DNA of 64,000 bases, taken from assembly GCA_963789955.1 (NCBI GenBank), contig CAWBMV010000006.1, forward strand, positions 224,001 to 288,000. The letters run 5' to 3'. The stretch comes from an uncultured Candidatus Rokubacteria bacterium. GTDB taxonomy: Bacteria; Methylomirabilota; Methylomirabilia; Rokubacteriales; CSP1-6. Both the position numbers and the translations under genes were made by a program. Shown one piece after another: positions 1-12,359 of this stretch. How positions within the stretch are numbered: position 1 is the first letter of the stretch; every line of letters begins with the position of its first letter. The notes below the pieces were generated by a model that was not told where the DNA came from, made no database searches, and saw only the letters and a list, made by a program, of their open reading frames with translations.

Positions 1-2064
1 CCGAGTAAGCCTGAGCCCAAGATCGTTCCGTTCCGGCCACTCGAGCGTGGCGCTCCGGCGCCCCCGCCAAGGCGCCAGCCCGCGGGCCCGTTCGCGCCGC
101 CGAGAGTCACGGTCTCGCCGCCGCGTCCAGCAGCGCCGCCTCCGCCGCCTCGACCCGCGGCCCAGCCGCCGACCGTCATTCGCCCGGCAGCCGCCGGTCC
201 GGCGGCGCCACCGGCGCCCCCGATGCCCGCGCCTGCGCCGATCGCACCCGCTGCCGTCGCGCCCGCCGCGGCCGCAACGGTCCTCGTCGAGGAAGCGCCC
301 GCGCCGCCGGTCGAGGCCAGGCGCGAGCTCATCCGCGTCCCGGAATCGGTCACGGTCGGCGAGCTCGCCGAGAAAATGCGGCGGAAGTCGGGTGAGGTCA
401 TCAAGGCGTTGCTCGAGCTCGGCGTGATGGCCACGGTCAACGAGCTCCTCGATCCGACCGCGGCCAAGCTCGTCGCCGACAAGTTCAACGTGGACGTCGA
501 GATCCGCTCGGTCGAGGGCGACGTGGTCGACGAGGAAGACGTCGACCCAGCTCAGCTCTCGCTGCGCCCGCCGGTCGTCACGGTCATGGGACACGTCGAC
601 CACGGCAAGACGTCGTTGCTGGACGCCATTCGGAAGTCGAAAGTGGCCGAGAAGGAGTTCGGCGGCATCACCCAGCACATCGGCGCCTATCAGGTCACGA
701 CCTCGCACGGCAAGGTCACGTTCCTCGACACGCCGGGCCACGAGGCGTTCACGGCGATGCGAGCGCGCGGGGCGCAGGCGACCGACATCGTCATCCTGGT
801 CGTCGCGGCGGACGACGGCGTGATGCCGCAGACGCAGGAAGCGATCAACCACGCCCGCGCCGCGAACGTCCCGATCATCGTCGCGGTGAACAAGATCGAC
901 CGGCCCGAGGCCGACGCCGATCGCGTGAAGCGCGAGCTGTCCAATCTGAACCTCGTCCCGGAAGAGTGGGGCGGCCAGACGATCTTCGTCCCGACCTCGG
1001 CCAAGATGGGCACGGGGATCGACCAGCTCCTCGAGATGACGGCGCTCCAGTCCGAGATCCTCGAGCTCAAGGCCAATTCCAGTCGCGCGGCCAAGGGTGT
1101 CATCATCGAAGGCCGGCTCGACCGGGGCCGCGGGCCGGTGGCCACGGCGCTGATCCAGAACGGAACCCTGAAAGAAGGCGACGCGGTCGTCGTCGGCTCC
1201 TACTCCGGGCGGATTCGCTCGCTGCTCGACCCCGCCGGCAAGAAGGTCAAGAGCGCCGGGCCGTCGGATCCCGTCGAGATCCAGGGGCTGTCCGGGGTCC
1301 CGGCCGCGGGCGACGTGCTGGTGGCCGTCTCGGACGAGCGCAAGGCGCGGCAGATCGCGACGATGCGGCTCGACCGGGAGAAGGCCAAGGGCAAGGCGTC
1401 GACACGTATCACCCTCGAGGGGCTGCAGAAGCAGATCCAGACCGGCGAGGTCAAGGAGCTGCGGCTCATCCTCAAGGCCGACGTGCAGGGCTCGGTCGAG
1501 GCGCTGGGCGAATCGCTCGAGCGGCTTTCGACCGACGAGGTAAAGCTGAAGGTCATCCACAGCTCGGTCGGCATGATCACCGAAAGCGACGTGATGCTGG
1601 CCTCGGCGTCCAACGCGATCGTGCTGGGATTCAACGTGAAGGCCGAGCCCAAGGCGACGGCCCAGGCGCAGGCGAACGGCGTCGACATCCGGAACTACAA
1701 CGTCATCTACGAGGCGATCAACGATCTCAAAGCCGCACTGGCCGGCATGCTGGCGCCGGAGATCCGCGAGACGGCGCTCGGCAAGGCACAAGTTCGTCAG
1801 ATCTTCGTCATCTCCAAGCTCGGCCCGATTTGCGGCTCGTATGTGTCGGAAGGCAAGATCGTACGCAACGCGAAGGTGCGGGTGCGCCGCGGCGACGAGA
1901 TCTTCGGCCAGGGCACGGTCGGCTCGCTGAAGCGCTTCAAGGACGAAGTTCGCGAGGTGCTCGCCGGACTCGAGTGCGGCATCGGCGTCGACGGAGTCAA
2001 CGGCGTGCAACCCGGGGACATCCTCGAGGTCTACACGAGCGAGGAAGTGGCGCGCACACTGTAG
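1..2064 (+). CDS. infB: Translation initiation factor IF-2 (5'-truncated by window; Pro/Ala-rich N-terminal linker)
   Basis: Frame is open from base 1. GHVDHGKT, DTPGHEAF, NKID and IF-2 C-terminal domains (SLKRFKDEVREV..GLECGI). Confidence 0.98.
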   Translation, partial: PSKPEPKIVPFRPLERGAPAPPPRRQPAGPFAPPRVTVSPPRPAAPPPPPRPAAQPPTVIRPAAAGPAAPPAPPMPAPAPIAPAAVAPAAAATVLVEEAPAPPVEARRELIRVPESVTVGELAEKMRRKSGEVIKALLELGVMATVNELLDPTAAKLVADKFNVDVEIRSVEGDVVDEEDVDPAQLSLRPPVVTVMGHVDHGKTSLLDAIRKSKVAEKEFGGITQHIGAYQVTTSHGKVTFLDTPGHEAFTAMRARGAQATDIVILVVAADDGVMPQTQEAINHARAANVPIIVAVNKIDRPEADADRVKRELSNLNLVPEEWGGQTIFVPTSAKMGTGIDQLLEMTALQSEILELKANSSRAAKGVIIEGRLDRGRGPVATALIQNGTLKEGDAVVVGSYSGRIRSLLDPAGKKVKSAGPSDPVEIQGLSGVPAAGDVLVAVSDERKARQIATMRLDREKAKGKASTRITLEGLQKQIQTGEVKELRLILKADVQGSVEALGESLERLSTDEVKLKVIHSSVGMITESDVMLASASNAIVLGFNVKAEPKATAQAQANGVDIRNYNVIYEAINDLKAALAGMLAPEIRETALGKAQVRQIFVISKLGPICGSYVSEGKIVRNAKVRVRRGDEIFGQGTVGSLKRFKDEVREVLAGLECGIGVDGVNGVQPGDILEVYTSEEVARTL

Positions 2065-2088
2065 CGAAGGAGCGCGCCGGAGGGGCCG

Positions 2089-2379
2089 ATGTCGGCAGCG
2101 CGCGTCGCGCTTGGACTCGTCGAGCTGCACCTGCCGGACGTCGAATCCCTCAAGGACAAGCGGCACGTCCTGAAGGGTCTCAAGGAGAAGGTGCGGGCGC
2201 GGTTCGAGGTCTCGGTGGCCGAGGTCGACCACCAGGATCTCTGGCAGCGCGCCACACTCGCGATCGCCTACGTCTCCGCCAACGCGCGACACGCCAACGA
2301 GGTCGTCGCCAAGGCGCTGGACTACATCGAAGACAACGTCGCCGGGCGAGTGCTCGACACGTCAGTGGAGATTCTCTGA
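2089..2379 (+). CDS. DUF503 (YlxP-like) protein
   Basis: SLKDKR..LK..V..RFEVSVAEVDHQDLWQRA motif; typical position between infB and rbfA. Confidence 0.92.
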   Translation: MSAARVALGLVELHLPDVESLKDKRHVLKGLKEKVRARFEVSVAEVDHQDLWQRATLAIAYVSANARHANEVVAKALDYIEDNVAGRVLDTSVEIL

Positions 2380-2732
2380 TGCAACGCAAGCGACTGGATC
2401 GGGTCAATCAGCTTTTGAAGGAGGAGATCTCGACACTCCTCCAGCGTGAGCTCAAGGATCCGCGGCTCGGATTCGTGTCGGTCACCGAGGTCGAGGCCTC
2501 GCAGGACCTGCGCACCGCCAAGGTCTTCGTATCAGTCCTCGGTGACGAGGACCAGTGGACCGGATCGCTGGCGGCCCTCGCCAGCGCCCGGGGCTTCATC
2601 CGCAACTGGCTCCGCCAGCATCTCGAGCTACGCGTCACGCCCGAGCTCGACTTCCGGCCCGACCGGTCGATGGAGCACGCGGCGCACATCCAGGCCCTGC
2701 TCCGGCGGGTCGGCGGCGAAACCGGACCGTGA
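2379..2732 (+). CDS. rbfA: 30S ribosome-binding factor A
   Basis: MQRKRLDRVNQLLKEEIS..KDPRLGFVSVTEV..S.DLRTAKVFVS..LRVTPELDF.PD.S; ATG overlaps the upstream TGA. Confidence 0.96.
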   Translation: MQRKRLDRVNQLLKEEISTLLQRELKDPRLGFVSVTEVEASQDLRTAKVFVSVLGDEDQWTGSLAALASARGFIRNWLRQHLELRVTPELDFRPDRSMEHAAHIQALLRRVGGETGP

Positions 2733-3724
2733 GCGGCCCCATCGAGCACACGCGCCCGGTGCCGTCCGCCGCGGTGCTGGAGCCCTTCGGCCACCGCGGG
2801 CGCGCCCTCATGCTCGGTCACGTCCACCCGGACGCCGACGTCCTGGGCACCTTGCTGGCGCTCGGGCTGGCGCTCGAAGCAAGGGACTGGAGCGTCGTGT
2901 ACGGCGGTCCGCATCCATCGCCGGACCTGCTCGCCTTCCTGCCCGGTGTGGATCGCTATCGGACGCTCGACCGGCTCGACGGCCGCTTCGACGTGGTCGT
3001 GCTGACGGACTGTCCGAACCCTCAGCGCACCGAGGGACTCATCGACCAGGCTCGCGACGCCGCCCGGGTCGTCGTGAACATCGACCATCATCCCGACAAC
3101 CGCCGGTACGGTCACGTGAACTGGATCGACGTGACGGCCGCGGCCACTGGCGAGATGGTGTACGAGCTCCTCACGGCACTCCGGGTATCGCTGACGCCGG
3201 CGATCGCCACGAACCTGTACACGGCGATCCACACGGACACCGGCTCGTTCCGGTACTCCAACGTCACGGCCCGTACCTTCACGATCGCGGCGGCGCTCGT
3301 CGCCGCCGGCGCCCGTCCGGAGCTCGTGTCCGAATCGCTCTACGAGCGCCGGGCGCCCGACGCGCTGCACTGGCTCGGCGAGGCCCTCGCCCGGGTCGAG
3401 GTGAGCGAGGACGGGCGGGTGGGCTGGCTCGCGCTGTCGGCAGACTCCATCCCGGAACGGATCGTCGAGTCCGAAGAGCTCGTGAACTATCCGCGCTCCG
3501 TGGCCTCGGTGCGTGTCGCCTGTCTCCTCCGCGAGCTGAACGGCACGGTGAAGGTGAGCCTGCGGGGCAAAGGCGACGTCGACGTTCAGAAGATCGCCGC
3601 GCAGTTCGGCGGCGGAGGCCACGTGAACGCCGCCGGATGCACGGTCCCCGGGCCGCTCCCCGACGCCACGCGGCTCTTGCTCTCGGCGGTGCGGCGCGCG
3701 GTCGACGCGAACGGAACCTCGTGA
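2729..3724 (+). CDS. nrnA: DHH/DHHA1 phosphoesterase (NrnA-like nanoRNase/pAp phosphatase)
   Basis: H.HPD.D, NIDHH, TDTGSFRYSN, GGGGH.NAAG motifs; GTGA coupling to rbfA. Confidence 0.9.
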   Translation: MSGPIEHTRPVPSAAVLEPFGHRGRALMLGHVHPDADVLGTLLALGLALEARDWSVVYGGPHPSPDLLAFLPGVDRYRTLDRLDGRFDVVVLTDCPNPQRTEGLIDQARDAARVVVNIDHHPDNRRYGHVNWIDVTAAATGEMVYELLTALRVSLTPAIATNLYTAIHTDTGSFRYSNVTARTFTIAAALVAAGARPELVSESLYERRAPDALHWLGEALARVEVSEDGRVGWLALSADSIPERIVESEELVNYPRSVASVRVACLLRELNGTVKVSLRGKGDVDVQKIAAQFGGGGHVNAAGCTVPGPLPDATRLLLSAVRRAVDANGTS

Positions 3725-4650
3725 GCGACGAGTCGATTCGCTCCGGCGTCCTGGTCGTCGACAAGGGACGGGGTGCGACCTCGTTCGACGTCGTGGCCAT
3801 CGTGCGACGGCGTCTCGGGGTGCGGCGGATCGGTCACGCCGGTACGCTCGATCCCGACGCGACCGGTGTGCTGCCGATCCTCGTGGGCGAGGCGACGAAA
3901 ATCACGCCGTATCTCGTCGACCAGGACAAGGAGTACCTGGCCACCGTGCGCTTCGGCCTGACCACCGACACGCACGACGTGAGCGGGCGCGTGCTGTCGG
4001 AGACGCCGGTGGACGACCTCGTTCCCGCCCGGCTCGAGGACGTCTGCCGCGCGTTCGTCGGGCACATCAAGCAGGTGCCGCCGATGTACTCGGCGGTCCA
4101 CCATCAGGGCCGGCGGCTCTACGAGCTCGCGCGCGCCGGCATCGAGGTGGAGCGCGCGCCGCGCGAGGTCACCATCCGGTCGATCGCGATCGAGAAGATC
4201 GACGGACCGCGGGCGACGCTCCGTGTCGTCTGCGGCAAGGGAACGTACGTGCGCGTGCTCGCCGCGGACCTCGGCGCCGCGCTGGGCTGCGGCGGCGCCG
4301 TCGAGTCGCTGGTGCGCTGCCGGGTCGGCCCCTTCGATCTGCGAGACGCGGTATCGTGGCCCGACCTGATGGAAGGCGGACACGAGCTCTGGTCTCGAGT
4401 GCGCCCGGTCGAGGCGGCGCTGGCTGGATGGCCCGTCGTCCGCCTCGACGGTCCCGGCGCGGCGACGTTCGGCCACGGTCAGCCGGCCGACGTCATCCCC
4501 GCCGCGGCGGGGACCGAGGGCTTCGTGCGGGTCCACGACATCGCCGGTCCGATGATCGGCGTCGGCGAATTGATGGCGGGCGGGAGCAAGGTCAGGCCCG
4601 TCCGCATCCTGCATGCAGATCGTCCGCGGACTCGAATCCTCCCCGCCTGA
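3721..4650 (+). CDS. truB: tRNA pseudouridine(55) synthase
   Basis: VVDKG.G.TSFDVV, IGHAGTLDPDATGVL, QVPPMYSA, CGKGTYVR. Confidence 0.96.
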   Translation: MSDESIRSGVLVVDKGRGATSFDVVAIVRRRLGVRRIGHAGTLDPDATGVLPILVGEATKITPYLVDQDKEYLATVRFGLTTDTHDVSGRVLSETPVDDLVPARLEDVCRAFVGHIKQVPPMYSAVHHQGRRLYELARAGIEVERAPREVTIRSIAIEKIDGPRATLRVVCGKGTYVRVLAADLGAALGCGGAVESLVRCRVGPFDLRDAVSWPDLMEGGHELWSRVRPVEAALAGWPVVRLDGPGAATFGHGQPADVIPAAAGTEGFVRVHDIAGPMIGVGELMAGGSKVRPVRILHADRPRTRILPA

Positions 4651-5531
4651 CGCGGGCCCGAGTGCCGTCGCGCTCGGTGCCTTCGACGGCATTCATCTCG
4701 GCCATCGGGCCATCCTGGGCACGGCCGTGGCGCTGGCGCGACAGGGCAAGATCCGCGCGCTCGCGTGCACCTTCGACCGTCATCCGATGGAAGTGCTGCA
4801 GCCCGACCGGGCCCCGATGCCGATCACGACGCTCGAGGAACGGCTGGAGCTGATCGCCGGCACCGGGATCGACACGACGGTGGTCATCCCGTTCACGCCG
4901 GCCGTCGCGAGTGTCGAGGCCAAGGCCTTCGTCCAGGACGTCCTCATCGGCACGCTCGCAGGCTCGGGAAATCGTCGTGGGGTTCAATCACCGGTTCGGC
5001 CGCGGCGCTCGCGGCGACGCTCAGCTCCTCGAGAGCCTCGCCGTTCCGCTCGGGTTTCGCGCTCACATCGTGCCGGCGCTCATGGTCGACGGCGTCGCCG
5101 TCTCGTCATCGGAGATCCGCGCGGCACTCCAGCGCGGAGATCTCCCGAACGCCGAGCGGCTTCTCGGCCGCGCCTATTCGATCCGTGGCGAGGTCGTCCG
5201 TGGGGCGGGAAGGGGACGGACGCTCGGCTTCCCCACGGCGAACGTGAAGACCGAGCGGCCCCTGGGGCTGCCGGTCGGCGTCTACGTGTGCCGGCTCCTG
5301 GCCTGGGCGCGTCAGCATCAGGCCGTCGTCAACGTCGGCTACCGGCCCACGTTCGGGGAGACCGATCTCTCCGTGGAGGCTCATGTCCTCGATTTTGCCG
5401 GCGACCTCTACGATCAGACGGTGACGTTGACCTTTCTCCGTCGCCTCCGGGAGGAGCGAAAGTTCCCGAGCGTCGACGCGCTCAAGGAGCAGATCGCGCT
5501 CGATGTGGCCGCCGCACGGGCGGCTTCCTGA
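4613..5531 (+). CDS. ribF: Bifunctional riboflavin kinase/FAD synthetase (indel near 4960, likely sequencing error)
   Basis: GAFDGIHLGH in ORF 4613; VVGFNHRFG, VSSSEIR, GRTLGFPTAN, NVGYRPTF, EAHVLDF in ORF 4911. Confidence 0.93.
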
Positions 5532-5543
5532 CGGCCCCATAGC

Positions 5544-5572
5544 TTTACTTCAATTGCCGTGCGTGGTACCCT
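5544..5572 (+). promoter_or_regulatory. Putative sigma70 promoter for rpsO-pnp
   Basis: TTTACT-17 nt-TACCCT with extended -10 TG, in an AT-richer intergenic stretch. Confidence 0.55.
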
Positions 5573-5664
5573 GCCTCCGTATCTGCTGACAAAAAAAGGA
5601 CTTTTGGAACCCGCCCTGGCGTGGGAGCACGGCTCCCTGGGGTGTGGCGATTGGGGGGCCTTCG

Positions 5665-5934
5665 ATGCCGCTTGCCGTCGAACGGAAGAAGAGTCTAATT
5701 GAGCAGTTCCGAACTCATGAGGGCGATACAGGCTCGCCCGAAGTCCAGATCGCGCTCCTCACCGAGCGGATCAACAGCCTGACGGACCACTTCAAGCAGC
5801 ACAGCAAGGACCATCACTCTCGGCGCGGGCTGCTGATGCTCATCGGCAAGCGTCGTGGTCTTCTCGAGTACCTCCGGGCCCGAGCGCCGGAGCGGTACCG
5901 CGTCATCATCGACAAGCTCGGCATCCGCCGTTGA
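5665..5934 (+). CDS. rpsO: 30S ribosomal protein S15
   Basis: [21 protein letters not shown]...[20 protein letters not shown]; 89 aa from ATG 5665. Confidence 0.98.
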   Translation: MPLAVERKKSLIEQFRTHEGDTGSPEVQIALLTERINSLTDHFKQHSKDHHSRRGLLMLIGKRRGLLEYLRARAPERYRVIIDKLGIRR

Positions 5935-5959
5935 CGGCGGAACCACCAATCACTGATCG

Positions 5960-6054
5960 GTCCTCGGACGGAACGAATCCGGGGGCCCCTGAGCGAGCTG
6001 ACGCAGCGCCCGCTCCACACGGCGTTCGCCGGATTCCGGCCGATACGCGAGGAC
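5960..6054 (+). promoter_or_regulatory. Long stem-loop in the pnp leader (possible RNase III processing structure)
   Basis: GTCCTCG (5960-66) pairs with CGAGGAC (6048-54); GAATCCGG (5975-82) pairs with CCGGATTC (6029-36). Confidence 0.5.
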
Positions 6055-6064
6055 AATTTTTCGT

Positions 6065-8203
<2,139 letters not shown>

Positions 8204-8214
8204 GAGGTGAGGGC

Positions 8215-9480
8215 GTGACAGAAGGCTACCGGAAGGGATTCCTGCCCAACGGCATTCGAGTCGTCACCGAGCGCATGGAGCACGTCCGCTCGGTCGCCGT
8301 CGGGGTGTGGGTCGAGACCGGGTCACGTCACGAAGCCGAGAACCGCGGTGGGATGTCTCACCTGATCGAGCACCTCGTGTTCAAGGGGACCGCCACGCGC
8401 AGCGCCGAGGCGATCGCCCGCACGATGGACTCGGTCGGGGGCCAGATGGACGCCTTCACGACCAAGGAGCACACCTGCTTCTACGTCCAGGTGCTCGACG
8501 AGCACCTGCCGCTGGCCGTCGATCTCCTGACCGACATCCTGCTCCACCCGCTCTTCAATGCCGACGAGCTGGAGCGCGAGAAGTCGGTGGTCCTCCAGGA
8601 AATCAAGATGGTCGAGGACACCCCGGACGATATCGTCCACGATCTGTTCGCGGGCCAGATCTGGGGCGGACATCCCCTCGGCCGGCCGATCCTCGGCACC
8701 CGCGAGGCGGTGACCGCGTACGACCGGACGGAGGCCCTCGGCTACTTCACCGACGAGTACGTGCCGCCGCGGGTCATCATCGCCGTCGCGGGCAACGTCA
8801 CGCACGAGCGAGTGATGGAGCTGTTCAGCGCGGGCTTCGAGGGCTTCGACCGTACGCCGACGTCGCGCTCGGCGACGCCCCCCGTCCTCAAGCCGGGCGT
8901 GAACATCGTCAACAAGACCCTGGAGCAGGTCCACGTCATCATGGGGTTCCCCGGGCTCCATCATTCGGCGCCCGAGCGGTACGCCCTGTTCCTGCTCAAC
9001 GACATCATCGGCGGCAGCATGTCCTCGCGCCTCTTCCAGGAAGTGCGCGAGCGCGAGGGGCTCGTATACGCGATCCACTCGGGCGTGCAGGCCTACACCG
9101 ACACCGGCGTGGTCTACGTGTACGCGGCGACCGACGAGAAGAACTTCTCCAAGGTCCTGAAATCGACCCTGAAGGTGCTCCGCGAGCTGAAGAAGACCGG
9201 CGTGACCGAAGAAGAGCTGAAGCGCGCCAAGGATCACCTCAAGGGCAGCCTGATGCTCTCGCTCGAGTCGACGTCGAGTCGCATGAATCGTCTGGCCAAG
9301 CACGAGATGCATCACGGGACATTCCTCTCGATGGACGCCATGCTGGCCGCGATCGACACCGTTCGTCACGAGGAGGTGCAGGCACTGGTCACCGACCTCC
9401 TCGACGAGGATCGTCTCGCGCTGACCACGTTGGGCCCGCTCGACCGCCGCAATCTGCCCCGCGAGCTTTTGCACCACTGA
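8215..9480 (+). CDS. M16 (pitrilysin) family zinc peptidase
   Basis: Inverted zinc motif HLIEH; GGSMSSRLFQEVRE.EGL.Y; usual neighbour of pnp. Confidence 0.93.
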   Translation: MTEGYRKGFLPNGIRVVTERMEHVRSVAVGVWVETGSRHEAENRGGMSHLIEHLVFKGTATRSAEAIARTMDSVGGQMDAFTTKEHTCFYVQVLDEHLPLAVDLLTDILLHPLFNADELEREKSVVLQEIKMVEDTPDDIVHDLFAGQIWGGHPLGRPILGTREAVTAYDRTEALGYFTDEYVPPRVIIAVAGNVTHERVMELFSAGFEGFDRTPTSRSATPPVLKPGVNIVNKTLEQVHVIMGFPGLHHSAPERYALFLLNDIIGGSMSSRLFQEVREREGLVYAIHSGVQAYTDTGVVYVYAATDEKNFSKVLKSTLKVLRELKKTGVTEEELKRAKDHLKGSLMLSLESTSSRMNRLAKHEMHHGTFLSMDAMLAAIDTVRHEEVQALVTDLLDEDRLALTTLGPLDRRNLPRELLHH

Positions 9481-9530
9481 GCCAGGCGGCCGCCACGCGG
9501 CCGCGCTCTGATCACGAAGGAGATGTAGGC

Positions 9531-9911
9531 ATGTCGTTGCGCTATCACATCGATTCCGATGCCGGGATGCTTCTGGTCGTCGGTGAGGGCACCATCAGCC
9601 AGTCGGAGCGCCTCGCCGCCATGCGCGGGTGGCTCGGCGATCCAGGGTTCCGCCCGGGCCTGAACACGCTCTGTGACTTCTCGGCGGCGACCTCGACGCC
9701 AACGCTGGCCGAGCTGCACGAGATCGTCTCGATCGTCGACCGGCACTCCGCGGCGATCGGAAAGAAGAAGCTCGCGATGGTCGCGCCGCGCCCCGTCACG
9801 TTCGGTGTGGCCCGCCAGTTCCAGACCCTGGCCGACACCGGCCCGCTCGACGTGGGTGTCTTCAAGGATCGACGCGCGGCGCTCGGCTGGCTCCGCCACG
9901 AAGGGGCCTAG
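9531..9911 (+). CDS. Small SpoIIAA/STAS-SEC14-like hypothetical protein (126 aa)
   Basis: AAGGAG SD before ATG 9531; pattern L.DFS......ELHEI....K.AMVA.....FGVARQF....VF.D...AL.WL. Confidence 0.65.
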   Translation: MSLRYHIDSDAGMLLVVGEGTISQSERLAAMRGWLGDPGFRPGLNTLCDFSAATSTPTLAELHEIVSIVDRHSAAIGKKKLAMVAPRPVTFGVARQFQTLADTGPLDVGVFKDRRAALGWLRHEGA

Positions 9912-9919
9912 CCACTCGC

Positions 9920-10075
9920 AACGGCGACTACTGGCTCGACCTCAGCACCGGGATCTGGGGCTACGCCGGCAACCCGACTCCGCAAGGGCCCATCTCGGAC
10001 GGCTGTCGCCAGGCGCGCCCGCCCAGCCTGTCGGAGCGCGGCATGCTCTACAGCCCCTACGACTGGGTCCGGTGA
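9920..10075 (+). pseudogene. 5'-truncated remnant of a small hypothetical gene
   Basis: Protein-like frame NGDYWLDLSTGIWGYAGNPTPQGPISDGCRQARPPSLSERGMLYSPYDWVR* with coding-type GC3 but no own start or SD. Confidence 0.55.
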
Positions 10076-10105
10076 CGCGATATCGCTTCGTGCTACGCTC
10101 CGGGC

Positions 10106-10966
10106 ATGACGACCCGGCTGGAGCCCGCGAGTCAGGCGATCGACGTCAACGGACTGCGCGTGCACTATCTCGACTGGGGCAATCCCGGCGCGCCGCCGGT
10201 CGTGTGCGTCCACGGCTACACGTCGAGCGCGCAGGCCTTCAACGCGCTCGCGCGGCGCCTCCACGATCGCTACCACTTCGTCGCGATGGACGTGCGCGGT
10301 CACGGAGAGAGCGCGTGGTCGCCCGCCGGCGCGTATCAGTACCGTGACCAGGTCGGCGATCTCGCCGCGGTCGTCGACAAGCTCGGCCTCTCGCGATTCA
10401 CGCTGATCGGCACCTCGATGGGCGGCATCATCGCCATGGCCTACGCGGGGGCTCATCCGGATCGCCTCACGCATCTCGTGATCAACGACATCGGACCCGA
10501 CGTCGAAGCGGGCAGCCAGCGCATCACGCAGATGGTCGGCAGCCGGCCCGACGAGTTCGGAACCCTGGACGACGCGATGGCCTATCGGCGCCAGATGTCT
10601 CCGATCGTGGCCGGGCGAGCCCTGGACGATCAGCGCGAGCTGGCGCTCGGCGTGCTGCGGCAGCGACCGGACGGGCGCTGGATCTGGAAGATGGATCCGG
10701 CGTACATCGAGCAGCGCGTGAAGATCGGGCCGCCCGAGCGACCCGCGCTCTGGCCCGCTCTGCAGCGCGTGACGTGTCCGACCCTCGTCGTGTGGGGAAG
10801 CGACAGCGACGTCCTCTCCGAGGCGCAGGCCCGGCGTATGGTCGACACCTTGGCGGACGGTGAGCTCGTCACGGTCCCCGGCGTCGGTCACGCCCCGACG
10901 CTCGTGGAGCCGGCGGTGGTCACCGCACTCGAGCGGTTTCTCGGCCGGCCGACGCGGCAGGCCTGA
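10106..10966 (+). CDS. Alpha/beta fold hydrolase
   Basis: VHG, D.RGHGES, nucleophile elbow GTSMGG, C-terminal GVGH. Confidence 0.93.
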   Translation: MTTRLEPASQAIDVNGLRVHYLDWGNPGAPPVVCVHGYTSSAQAFNALARRLHDRYHFVAMDVRGHGESAWSPAGAYQYRDQVGDLAAVVDKLGLSRFTLIGTSMGGIIAMAYAGAHPDRLTHLVINDIGPDVEAGSQRITQMVGSRPDEFGTLDDAMAYRRQMSPIVAGRALDDQRELALGVLRQRPDGRWIWKMDPAYIEQRVKIGPPERPALWPALQRVTCPTLVVWGSDSDVLSEAQARRMVDTLADGELVTVPGVGHAPTLVEPAVVTALERFLGRPTRQA

Positions 10967-11059
10967 AAAGATCTCTGCTTTAAGCGGCTCAGCCGCTACC
11001 CGTAGTAGCCGCCACAACTCCCACTTCCATCGTTTGCGGTTTTGCTCTATGGTGTGGGC

Positions 11060-12359
11060 GTGATCGACCGCTACACCCGCCCGGAGATGGGTCGGATCTG
11101 GAGCGAGGAGTCCAAATACCAGGCGTGGCTCAGGGTGGAGCTGGCGGTGTGCGAGGCCTACGCGCGCCGGGGCCGCATCCCCGCCGACGCCATGGCGCGG
11201 ATCCGGCAGAAGGCCCGCGTGGACATCGGCCGGATTCTCGCGATCCAGGAGCGCGTGAAGCACGAGATGATCGCGCTCCTGACGAGTCTCGAGGAGCAGG
11301 TGGGTGAGGACTCGCGCTTCATCCACATCGGCCTGACCACCAGCGACGTCTGGGACACCGCCACCGCCCTTCAGCTCCGTGACGCGATCGATCTCCTGAT
11401 CGCCGGACAGGAGCGGCTCGAGAAGTCGCTCGGCGTCCTCGCCGTCCGCCACAAGGACACCTTGACGATCGGCCGCACCCACGGCGTCCACGCCGAGCCG
11501 ACGAGCTTCGGCCTCAAGGTCGCGGTCTGGTACACCGAAGCCGGCCGCAACGTCGAGCGGCTGCGGCGCGCGCGCGCGACGATCTCGGTCGGCAAGCTCT
11601 CGGGCGCCGTCGGGAACTTCGCCCACGTCGAGCCCGACGTCGAGGCCGAAGTGTGCCGCGAGCTCGGTCTCGAGGCCGCGCCCGTCTCGACGCAGATCGT
11701 CCAGCGCGACCGCCACGCCGAGTTCTCGGCGATGCTCGCGGTCGCCGCCGCCTCGCTCGAGAAGATCGCGCTCGAGGTACGCGGGCCTGCAACGAACCGA
11801 GATCCTCGAGGCGCAGGAGCCCTTCGGCGACGGCCAGAAGGGCTCGAGCTCGATGCCGCACAAGCGCAATCCGGAGCTGGCCGAGCGCATCTGCGGCCTG
11901 GCGCGCCTGGTCCGGACCAACGCGCTGGCGGCACTCGAGAACGTCGCGCTGTGGCACGAGCGCGACATCAGCCATTCGTCGGTCGAGCGCGTCATCCTGC
12001 CGGACTCGACGATCATGCTCGACTATCTGCTGCACCTGGCGACGTTCATCGTGGAGGGGCTCGACGTCGACACGGCCCGGATGGCCGAGAACCTCGAGCT
12101 GAGCCACGGCGTGATCTACTCGCAGCGCGTGCTGCTGAAGCTCACCGACGCCGGCCTTCCGCGCCAGACCGCGTACGAGATCGTGCAGAAGAACGCGATG
12201 CGCGCCTGGAAAGAGCGGCGCTCGTTCTCGGAGCTGCTCGCCGCCGACCCGAAGGTGACGGATCATCTGTCGGCGGACGAGCTCAAGAGCTGTTTCGACC
12301 CGGCGTTCTTCTTGAAGAACGTCGACGCCATCTTCAAACGCCTGGGGCTCAGCCGATGA
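11060..12359 (+). CDS. purB: Adenylosuccinate lyase (indel near 11790)
   Basis: IDRYTRPEM..IW, H.GLTTSDV.DTA, GRTHGVHAEP, then after the shift GSSSMPHKRNP and WHERDISHSSVER. Confidence 0.96.

Noticed and set aside
1..310. Low-complexity CCG/GCG-rich stretch and Arg-rich ORF 47-427
   Set aside because: This is the Pro/Ala-rich N-terminal linker of IF-2 read in an alternative frame.
10967..11059. Purine, ZTP or PRPP riboswitch before purB
   Set aside because: No recognisable aptamer motifs, and the -10 box sits 6 nt from the start codon, leaving no leader.
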